NCBI GenBank assembly: GCA_030390025.1
Contig: CM059431.1
Coordinates: 123,630,001-123,694,000, forward strand
Source: Squalus acanthias
Taxonomy: Eukaryota
DNA length: 64,000 nt
Direction of reading: 5' to 3'
The notes under the pieces are model-generated. The model had not been told where the DNA came from, made no database searches, and worked only from the letters and a program-made list of their open reading frames with translations. Below, piece after piece: positions 49,593-59,900 of the stretch (the first letter of the stretch is position 1; the number at the start of each line of letters is the position of its first letter). Position numbers and translations under genes: made by a program.

Positions 49593-50023
49593 TCGGAAAA
49601 TGGCGTCACTCCCGCGCGCCACGTGCGCTGCGGAAGCTTGTACTCAATGATGATTTTTCAGAGATTGTAAATACGTTGGAAACTCGACATGTTTTAAGAG
49701 TTGGGGTTTGATTATTTTGGTGATGGTGTTGATTGTTTGGTTTTGGGTTTTGTTTTTCCTTTCCCTGAATAAAAGATGAATATACAGGTGATACGAGAGG
49801 CATCGGCCTGGTTACGCCGGGAAGGAAAACAAGTGGTGTAAGTTTAAGGGCAAATAATGCCTACGGTGATATAAAATGTAATTTTCTTGGGAAATAAGGA
49901 CGACACAGAGACCCTAGCTAGGTTAAATTTATGGGATTAATTTGCTGGATTCGGAGAGAAATCGAGATAATATTGCTCACCACTATGATTTTTGATACGA
50001 TAAGCGGAGTTATTCGCATCAAC

Positions 50024-50032
50024 AGGAGGGAC
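50024..50032 (+). promoter_or_regulatory. Polypurine tract (short)
   Basis: AGGAGGGAC immediately 5' of the 3' LTR TG. Confidence 0.7.
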
Positions 50033-51655
50033 TGTAGAATTCGCAATATATCGCGATTTTATTAATAAGGAGAAAACACAGAGTTTCGTTCAAACAGCTT
50101 TTATTTCAGCAGAATGCTGGCAGGTTTAAAGTGGACACAAGCAGCCTGTAAAAATGGCCGCCGCACCTCGTGACAGAACATTCTAGACTTTTCAACAGGC
50201 AGACAAGATGGCGTTCCAATAAACATTTGTGCAAGATCGATTAAGAGTCAGCACAGTGAAGATAATACACGAGACATTATGGGTTTGCAGTATACACATA
50301 GATACTGAAATCGGTCTCCCAGGTACAAAGGAAAGCCATTGTACCGAGTAATCAAGGGCCCATCCAAAAGACATTAATATGTAAAATCCCAACGACTCTA
50401 CGATGAGAGAGCCGTTAGCAGGTAGTTATACAGGACACTTGGAAGCCCCAAAACCCCTCCAGGGAGATTACCGACCGATTTAACAATGGGAGAAATATTA
50501 ACAGGTACTCAGACATTTACGAGTAGCCCCGAAACCCATTAAGAACGGAGATCACCCATACAAGACATTTGAGCGCCAGACCTTAAACAAAAGAATGGAC
50601 ATTATAGTTGGGCGGGAAACGGAAGATTTTGCACTATAATTACAGGCTCCAAACCGTCCATCTTTCTCTTGCTGCTCTTATCATCGTGGCTGCTCCTGTG
50701 TACTCGTAGTTGGGCTTCTGCTTGCCTGTTGCCTCTTCTGAAAAGACTGTTGAACTTTCTGATCCGTTCGGATCTACCTCGTGTCGCGTAACGAAGACCT
50801 ATATTGGTAACCGGTATCGGAACCAAAAAGGCCCGAGAAGAGATGAGATGAGATGAGATGAGAAGAAAGGAAGACCATATCCATCGCCACGGTCAGTAAA
50901 TCCCGACCGCGCCTGTAGGTCGATTAGCCAAGTTTTCCTCGCCAGGAAGACTTCTTCGAACTTATAACGAAACATATCGTATCGATGATATCGACAACTG
51001 TGCTCGAAAAGTACCTGTTAAACCAACCAACACAGGTCTTCATCACAGCAGACGTTCCAGCCTGCTAGCCGGAGCAGCAGAAGCAAGTAAACAAGTGGGA
51101 CCAGGAGATCTCCTGACCGACACGTGGGTGCTGCGGTGAAAAACATCCGATCAGCTATTCGGAATTTCTCCGAGTTATCACGAGTGGTGAGCATGAGTCT
51201 CGAAATCCTACGAATCTAGTTTAGGATAGATATTGATAGGGGAGGGTTTAAGGATTAAGGATATTTGTAATGTGTGCCCCTATTTACTTTGTGCCGTTCG
51301 TTCCTCGTTTCCCTAAGATCGACTATATAACTGTTTGTAAGATTGTACTGTCATTAATCTGTGCTTATGACATGTATTTCATAATCTTAAGTATCATGCA
51401 ATAAAGATTTTCCATTTCGTACCATTCAAACCGAGTCTACATGAGTTTCATCTCCATTACTGCTCTCGCATCTAAGTCCAGTGTCTAGAACCGTAAGGGA
51501 GAGTGATTCGAACCACTCACAGGTGTGTCTAGTGTTCCCAGACTGGCTGGAGACCAGAACAGGCAACAAGGCCTAGACCCGCACTGACATACAGGCTGCA
51601 CAGAGCCGCGTGAATCTCACAGGCTGCGAGACACGCAGGGTCAGAATCCCTTACA
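50033..51655 (+). repeat. 3' LTR (1623 bp)
   Basis: Direct repeat of 39004-40626. Confidence 0.97.
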
Positions 51656-52657
51656 TCCTCCTCCTCCTCCTCAGGTGGTGCACCAATCCCTGGTGGCATT
51701 GGCTGGGTCCTCAGGATTGCCAGGTTGTGAAGCAAGTGAGTACTGCAGGGCTCCTCCTGAATGGTCCAGACAGTGGAACCATTGCTTGAGCACGCCGATC
51801 GTCTACTCAATGATGTTCCTGGTGGCGCTATGGCTCTCATTATACCGCAGCTCGGCAGGGGTGTTGGGGTTACGGAGCGGTGTCATCAGCCAGGTGCAGA
51901 GTGGATAACCCATTTCCCCGAGGAGCCATCCAATTGGGTGATGCGGTGCCTGGAAAAGGTCTGGCACACCAGTCTGGCACAGGATGAAAGCATTGTGGCT
52001 GCTGCCAGGAGAGCGGGCATTGACGGCGAGTATGAGCTGTCTGTGGTCACAGACCAACTGCACATTTAAGGAGTGGAACCCCTTGCGGTTTCGGAAAACC
52101 TCTGCATTTTCATGCGGTGCCCACAATGCCACATGTGTGCAGTCAACGGCGCCCTGCACCATGGGGAAGCCCACTATCCTAGCAAAGCCACATGCGCGTT
52201 CATGCTGTTTGGCCCGGGTCATGGAGAAAGAGATGTACTGGTATCTCCTTTTATACAGGGCATTTGTCACCTCCCGGATACAGCAATGGACAGCGAACTG
52301 GGAGATATTGGCGATGTCCCCAGTCGATGCTTGAAAGGAGCCACTGGCATAAAAGTTCAGAGCCACTGTCACCTTCGCTGCCACCGACAGAGACGTCCTG
52401 GTCCTCAGTTGAGGCTGCAGATCTGGTTGCAGCAGATGGCAGAGCTCAGTGACCACCTCCTTGCTGAAGCACAGCCTGCGCAAACACTGCTTCTCAGACA
52501 AATGAATGTAGGTGAATTGCTCCCGGAATACCCTGGGAGGGAAAGGTCTCCTGTGCAGAGGCCTGTTGGCCCTCCTCCCTCTGGCCATGTTTGCCACTCT
52601 CTCTCTGCGTCTCTGATGCCTCCGATTCTGCAGGTGCAAGATGACGCCCTGAATCAA
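51656..52657 (-). pseudogene. Harbinger transposase (HARBI1-like DDE_Tnp_4), disrupted
   Basis: CLRRLCFSK..KVTVALNFYASGSFQ..VQGAVDCTHV..NRKGFHSLNVQLVCD..PGSSHNAF..WLMTP..RYNESH; stop, deletion and proviral insertion near the 3' end. Confidence 0.92.
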
Positions 52658-53414
52658 TGCAGCCCCCAGAGTCTCTTCTAAATCGATGCAAGGAAGGTCA
52701 AATCAAAAAGAACCTGCAAAGTGCTGTTCAGTACCCAGAACTCCTTCACACAGTGTTGAATCTCTCCAGAAGTCTCTCTCTCTCTCAGAATGCGTGGTGC
52801 AAAAATGTCGTCAACAAAAAAGACAGGAAGAAGTCGGCTTTAAATAGTGCTCCCCCAGTCCCTTCCCGACTGCAAAACGTTCCCCTCTACCTGTCGTGGC
52901 TAGCGGCAGGCGGAAAGGCAGGGGGCACCATTCAATATCCGGTCCGGAGCGCTACCGGGGCGTTGCACGCTCGACTGACGTCATGATCTGCGGGCGCAGG
53001 AGATCGTGGTGGTAGTTTCTAGTGCCGCCGCAAAATGTCTGGTCAATTTTGCGAGTGGCGGAAACATCGCCGTGCCCGGGCGCTAGTTGCTTTGTGCCAC
53101 GTTAGCGCCTAGGGCGTTAACTGGAGGCGCTAATCAAGCGAAATTTTCCCCCTGTATGTTTCACTTGACCAAAAGCTAGTTTAAATTTCTGGCTCTGTTA
53201 CAGATGGCAAGTTGAAAATGTGTAACTATACATAGGGAATCAGTTTGGATTGTGTTACAAAGTATTGGATTTCAAGTGCAATGTGCAGTAATGCTAACTC
53301 TAATGAATGAATCGTGAAACACGCGATTTTGAATTAAAATTGAACACAACTCATGATTCAACAGTGAAATATTGCATTTTTTTCTTGGGGAATGATGCTG
53401 GGCGTGAGATCAAA

Positions 53415-53641
53415 AGCACGGAAGTACTCTGATTGGTCAGTGAGCGGCAGCGCCGCTCAGCATTGGTCACGGAGATTGGAATGTTCCCAGGATTGCAACT
53501 GGAACTGAAAGAGGGAATGGAACCTTTGGGAGTGGGTGTTCCATTCCTGCACCACGTGCACCCAGCGCTCTCTTCACGCGCGCACCCCGACTTGTGGCTC
53601 GCGATGCTGAGGACTTGGCCGGAGGCAGAGTGGAGGTGAGC
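53415..53641 (+). promoter_or_regulatory. Candidate host CpG-rich promoter and first exon
   Basis: CGGAAGT (53419), three ATTGG inverted CCAAT boxes (53432, 53462, 53475), CpG-rich unique sequence, GAG|GTGAGC donor at 53636. Confidence 0.45.
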
Positions 53642-53947
53642 GGATCACGCACTGTGCTCTCTCTCGGCCCCCACCCCTCCCCACCCATCCCACCCCTGAG
53701 CTGCCAGACGGAGCGCGAGCGCTAGATTTCACTGCTCCACAAGCTCTTCCATTTTTGTTTTGAGCCACACTATTGGACAGCAGAGCAAAGGTTTCTCTGG
53801 TGATGGTCAATCAATGATGTCACATACAGCTGTCCCATTTAGGAATATGGTGCAATACACATGCCTTTTGCACTCTGATAGCAGGGCACATTAAACAGCT
53901 GATACAGATGAAGCCAAAAATACATTTTGCATTTTCAAAAGAAACAA

Positions 53948-56530
53948 GGGGGTAAAAAATCGGTACCTTAGCACCTCCTATTAGTGTCAGCAGATGCCGC
54001 TAACGGGGTGCTGGAACAGTATCGCTGGGGCGAGGCGAATGCAACACCGCACGCCAAATCCCACCACCCCCCCTGCAGTGCCACCGCTATCAGTTATCGC
54101 CAGGAGCGTCAATGCCAGGTGGATCGTGACGTCAGTGAGTGTGCAATGCTCACTAAGCACCCAAACTGCGAAATTGATTGTCGCCACCTACCTTAGCGCC
54201 TGGAGTAAACAGCGACAGGGAGAGCTGGCATGAAGCACCAGGAAGCCGGCTCCAGGAACGTTATTTAAAGGGGTCATCAGTAATGAGTCGCAGCTGTAGG
54301 TTAGTAGAGTTTCAGTGCTTTCTTGTCAGTTTCAAGAAAGTCCAACAGTCTCATTCTATAATTTCAAGGTTATTTAGTATCAGGAGTGTTGTGGCAACTA
54401 AAAAGTAATTACATTTATTCTTTAAAAAAAAATCAAACTGCTGCAGTTGGTTACATTAATGGTGGCTGTACTAGCAGTCAACCTTGCCCTTCAGGATCGA
54501 TGGCGGAGGGAGCGGAGGCAGCAAGAAAGACTGGAACATGTGGCCAGAGGGAGGAGGAAAGCAATCAGGGCTCTCAGCAGCAAGCCTTACCCTCTGAGGG
54601 TATTCTGAGAGAACTTCTACCTCCAATTAAGCGAGGAGCAGTGTATTAGAAGGCTCCGCTTCGCCAAGGAGGTGGTCACAGAACTCTGCCACCTCCAACA
54701 AGCAGACCTCCAGCCTCAGATTAGGGTGACCACAGCTCTCTCAGTGGCAGTCAAGGTTACCTTTGCCCTCAATTTCTTCGCCAGCAGATCCGTCCAGTCT
54801 GCAACAAGAGATATCGCTAACATCTCACAGTTCGCCATCCATCGCTGCATCCGGGAGGTCACAGAGACTCCCTACAGAAGGAGAAGGGACTACATTTCCT
54901 TCCCCATCACCAGAGAGAAACAGGACGAGCGTGCATGTGGCTTTGCCAGGATAGCAGGACTCCCCATGGTGCAGGGCGCCATTGACTGCACCCACATAGC
55001 TTAGCGGGCACCGCATAACAATCCTAAGATCTTCCGTAACCGCAAAGGCTACCACTCACTTAATGTGCAGTTGGTGTGCAACCCCAGACAGCTAATCCTC
55101 AATTTCAATGCCCGCTATCCTGGCAGCAGCCACGATGCCTTCATCCTGCGCCAGACCGGTGTGCAAGCACTCTTCCAGCCACCATGTCAAGCTCATGGCT
55201 GGCTACTCGGAGACAAGGGCTATCCGCTCTCCACCTGGCTCATGACTCCCCTTCACAACCCCAACACTCCTACCCTGCAGTCATATAATGAGAGCCATGC
55301 TGCCACCAGGAACATCATCGTGCAGACCATCAGCCTGCAGAAGCAACAGTTCCACTGCCTTGACCGCTCGGTAGGAGCCCTCCAGTACTCGGCTGAGTGG
55401 GTGTCCCATTTCGTGGTGGTCTGCTGCATGCTCCACAACTTGGCCATCATGAGGGACCAGCCCTCGCCACCAGGGATTGTGGGACCACCTCAGGAAGTGG
55501 GAGAGGAGGAGGAGGAGGACGACGATGAGGAGAACGATGAGGAACAGGAGCGAGGGAGGAGGCAGCCACTCAATCGGACTTCCAGAAGAGTGGTCTGTGC
55601 CCACCTCATCAGACTGTGGTTCGAATGAATTAAACCCCAGATTCCCATCATTCCATCCCTGTTGCAGGCCATTTCACAGCGCAAAACTCAAATGCGACAC
55701 ACCACAAAAGAATCCAAACTGCATTAATAAATTTATCAAAAGTCAGTGAACACATATTTACAACAAAAATATGAACTATTCACCCTTGTGCAATCCCTTA
55801 GTGCCTCTCATTACTGTGCCTTTGCCTACTCTAGTGCTCCTACGAAGTGTTGGCCCAGTGGCTGCAGCACGGCTGGTGGAAGGCTGTTGAGTGTCTGTGC
55901 GGGAGACGTCAGATGGCCTTGCAGGATGCCCTCGACCAGCTCTGGGCCTGGAAGGCCTGGCTGTAGACTTCACCACCTCAGCATGGGCGGCAGCAGTCTG
56001 GGCTGGCTGGATGACAGGCAGTGACAAGGGCAATGGCGGAGTAGCAGTGGTGGGAGCAGGAATGCTGTCATCCTGAGAGAAGACAGTAGGTTCCTGCTCC
56101 ACTGACCCACTGCCACTCCCCTGGGGCAGCACCTCAGCATCCCTAGCAAACTGTTGGAGCAAAGATTGCTGACCTGCTGCGACACCGTGAAAGCCCCGGT
56201 CGACGGTGGTAGAGTCTGAGATTGGATGCCACCAAGCAAAGACTCCAGTACAGCACTAAGACATGGCGTCGCTTCTGCCTGTGCTGCAATGGAAGCTGCC
56301 AGATCGCCCATCACATGCGGCATCAGGTCTGGGTCACCATGGTCTAACTGGGAGTCTACAATCCTTTGCAGACTGGAAATGATGGGCTCCATGGTGTGTG
56401 CAGAGCCTATTTGGCGGCGGTCTCCTCCACACTCCTTACCATTGCCGAGAGGCTCTCAGGCACCCTTGCCATTGCATCTATCATCTCCGTGTGCATGTCC
56501 ATCACCATTCTTCTAAACGCCTTCCCAAAT
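53948..56530. mobile_element. Harbinger element (transposase on +, partner-gene remnant on -), right part truncated
   Basis: Left end gggggtaaaaaatcgg; convergent gene remnants; 55780-56190 homologous to 14050-14510. Confidence 0.7.
54459..55628 (+). pseudogene. Harbinger transposase pseudogene (paralog of 51656-52657)
   Basis: VKVTFALNFFAS..VQGAIDCTHIA*..YPGSSHDAFIL..LLGDKGYP..CCMLHNL; stops and frameshift. Confidence 0.92.
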
Positions 56531-56619
56531 ATCACCCACTGTCAGACCCCACATCAATATCATTAACACTGTCACACACCTCGCTGAGTCTTTGTAAAAC
56601 CGAGCATTACAAAGTCTTA

Positions 56620-57448
56620 GGGCTGGATTTTCTCAATGGAGACGAGTTGGAGTCGGGACTGCTGCTTGTCGGGTCAATGTTCCACCTCCATCATCTTCTG
56701 ACCAACCAGAGGGATTTTCCCCTGATTGACCTTGTTATGCCCACCAATTAGGGAGAAAGTCACTGACAGAGCGCGTCAACGTCTGACGTGCTATCTGTCA
56801 AGACTTCTTGAAAGAAGAAATGTCAGCGTTTGACAGCTCTGTGAAGCTGTCAAACACTGACATTCTTTGTAGTTTGATGAGACCTTGTGTTCAGGACTCA
56901 TCAAACCTTTCATCTTTGTCGATTTCAGATGGCTGTTGGGCCGGAGGATCCAACAGCCAGTTTGTGAAATCGACAAGGAAGATGTCGGGTTTCCCGATCC
57001 CGGGTGGATGGAGGCTGTAGGAATAAAACAAGGTGAAGTGAACATTTTTTTACACTTATCACTCGCCTTACATATTTACCACTCCACACTTGCACCCATC
57101 ACTCACCTCTACATCTTATTTCCAGGTGCCTCTGACCCCTGCAGACCTCCTTCACGTCTCCTCCAACCCGCCGGGGTTCTCCGAGGTCGGGAAGCCTTCA
57201 CCTGAGAAGGCAAAATGGCACTAATCCTTTTTTCTGCCTGTTAACTACCTGTTAACAGGCAGTTCAGAGGATTTATTGCCTTTCCCGCCTCCAGGAGACG
57301 GGACCTGAAGCAGCACATCTTCCCGTCTCCTGGCAAAAGGGCACGGAGGCGGGATGGGGGTGGGTTTGACATCTGCCCCCACTTTCTGCTACTTTACCGG
57401 CAGTCCCGCCTCCATGCCCGCCTCCTCGGGGCTGAGAAAATCCAGCCC
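56620..57448. mobile_element. Harbinger-type MITE with perfect 16-bp TIRs
   Basis: GGGCTGGATTTTCTCA (56620-56635) / TGAGAAAATCCAGCCC (57433-57448); flanks TTA / TCA. Confidence 0.85.
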
Positions 57449-58294
57449 TCAATTTTTGTTTACAATACAATAATTTGGTGCTTACCTGACACTGAAAAAT
57501 CATCAGCCCAAAACTCAAGAGGAACCTAAAACCCAAGCATAGCGACAAGTAGGATTTTTAAAAGCTTTTTGTACCCAGTAGTATAGTTTTTGTAAAGAGC
57601 TGTGACCTGTTAGAGATAAATAAAGCCACTAATGAGGTTTATAAACCAACTGTCAATCTATATTGGTTTATGTTTGAAAACAATAGCAACTGATGATTTC
57701 TATACCAAATCTCATGTTTTATAAGAGTTTGTCTCCTGATTTATGAGGCGGCGGGGTTGGCATTACAGAATAAAAGATGTGAGATTTCACCCATGACTTT
57801 CCACACAACCAGTTTCAATCACAGCTGTGTTATTGTGCCTGTTATGTCTGAATAAACACTCAAATTGGTGGTAATAACCAACTTTTGTTATCTTTAGCAC
57901 CTCTGGAACATTCCTGTCAGTACAAGAGAAGTGTCCTTGCTACAATGTGCTTACTCCCATCATGGGGGCCATCTAGTGTTCAGTTAACAATATGCAAGTA
58001 GCATCCATATCCACAACAGTGGGGACACACTAAGCAGAAGCCTCGCACTCTGATTATTCAGAAAGAAGGAAAATCTAAACTTTCCTTGATCTGCTATGCA
58101 AAGACACTTTATGTTCTGATTCCTCTAAGAAGCAATTTCAGCTCAAAGTCAAAAAGAGAATTGAGTACAGCTGAAGAACATCCAAAAAACTAGTTTCAGC
58201 TAAGCCATTTTTTACATTGGCTAATACAGCTGTGAAGGTTTGGTGTATTTTGATGTTGGATGAATTTCTGTAACCACAGTGGCAAACTACTTAC

Positions 58295-58331
58295 CCTCAG
58301 GCCTGCATGGTCATTCTGCTGCTTCCCGACA
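58295..58331 (-). other. Candidate 37-nt host micro-exon
   Basis: Minus strand: ctttctttgctttag| ... AGG|gtaagt; no homology recognised. Confidence 0.2.
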
Positions 58332-58759
58332 CTAAAGCAAAGAAAGTAACTGGAGTCGAGGTTTTCGACCAACTAGAGATAATTTGAAGGCAGAAAGCAA
58401 AAGAATGGAGAGAATGTCCTCGAAATGAGTTACGCCATTGTTGCACATTTTAAAAAAGTATTGCACCTGGTTACATCCTTTGCAGATCCATTGCAGTAGC
58501 CATTGGTGTAAAACAGGGGTAAGTAGCTGAAATGCATGGAATTTCATGTGCAGCCTTTAAAAATACTGTTCAACCTGCACACTTGCAGTACTAGACTGAG
58601 GGACAACCAGGTTAGAAAAGAATAGTGCTTGTCTCTCTCACTGTACTATCGCATAACTTCAATGCATGTCTTATCAATATTGTTGTCGCACATTTCAGGA
58701 AGTATGACAACTATAACAACATAAGCACCAAAAAGGTAGATGGGCATGGCACCAAGACA

Positions 58760-59900
58760 GAGAAGAATGCAGAACTTCACTTAATCACATCTACAAGCTC
58801 TCCTGGAGAAGATTACATGCAGGAGGCACAGACTTGGACGCGGGTGCCAGCAGGCCAGTTAAGAATATCACTTGTGCCATCTGGCGAGAGGTGGGATTGG
58901 CACTTACTGCCAACTCCCTCACCTGCAAGACTCCAGAGCAGTGCTGCAAAAATGTCGACATCTTTAGCAGGGCGAACAAGGGAGCACACTGGACACCTTT
59001 GCCTTTTCTGCCTTTCTTCCTTGTCTACCCTGAGCACCAGCACACACTTCACCCTCTTAAAAGAACACTTGCACAATTACCCCTCCACAATGCAGTCAGG
59101 TTGGGAGGCAGCGGTGTTCCAATTCAGCATCTTGTACTATGGCTACCCAGCTGCCCTAACACCAATTACTTACATGCATAAATCTAAAGCCCCTTACTCC
59201 ACATGAACAGCCTCATACCCTCCAATCTCTTACTTCAGTTCCCCCATGCCATTCCTCAGCTGCTAGCCTTAGTCTCATCCACTCTATCTTCTTGCAGACC
59301 AAATTGGTGCACAATGCCCACCAAAGGCAGGGCACCTAAATGGGTTTTCTCAAACGTACATACTTCACCCTTTATGAGGAGATTCCATGGAGCTCACGGG
59401 AAGGCACTCAGCTCTTGCCATAGGAGGTGAAGTTAGCGGCATCCTAATGGTGCCAGGTTACTGATTGAGCATCCACATGATCACCCTGGCACCCCTGTGA
59501 AGCACCACACAGCCAGAGACTTTCAACTCCTTGTTTGACTCCTTAATCCCAAGGGAATAATGCTCAACCATTCTTATCTTCTATCCTCCTTTACTGCAGA
59601 TCCACTATAGCAATGGGGGGGGGGGGGGGGGGGGTGAGGGCAGAGGAGGAGGAAGATGAAGATAGTGAAGAGAATGATGAGGACCAAGTCACCCAGGAGT
59701 CAAAGCTGCATGACACTGCCAGCTCTCAGGACAGCAATACATGCCAGGCTTCTGGCTGCCCCCCTCACAGCACAATGTCAGTGGGACTTGGAGGTGACAC
59801 CAAGCTGCCCAGGAGCCAACTGACAAGAGACAAGAGCGACCTCAGTCTTATGACCCTTCTGTACAGCATGAGGAGCCAAACACATCCTGCTGTCAGAAGC
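58760..59900 (+). pseudogene. Old Harbinger Myb/SANT gene relic
   Basis: AIWREVGLALTANS..KTPEQCCK.. followed by acidic exon-like EEEEDEDSEEND. Confidence 0.5.

Larger units (their letters stand above)
39004..51655 (+). mobile_element. Endogenous retrovirus-like provirus, probable lokiretrovirus (LTR-gag-pol-env-LTR)
   Basis: Paired 1623-bp LTRs TGTA..TACA, TSD TCCT (39000-39003 / 51656-51659), PBS, PPT, gag/pol/env in retroviral order, dual RNase H, F-like env. Confidence 0.95.
36727..53152. mobile_element. Full-length two-gene Harbinger transposon (defective) hosting the provirus
   Basis: Ends gggagagaaattcg / cgaaattttccccc; Myb/SANT gene on + and transposase on - are convergent; transposase tail split by the provirus. 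TSD not evident. Confidence 0.75.

Noticed and set aside
49601..49614. Second PBS-like GAAAATGGCGTCAC after env
   Set aside because: Only ~9 nt match any tRNA end I recall and it is not next to an LTR 3' end; better explained as an ATG or YY1-like motif.
51656..52657. Domesticated host HARBI1 gene
   Set aside because: Multiple divergent disrupted paralogs with TIRs and Myb partners indicate transposon copies.
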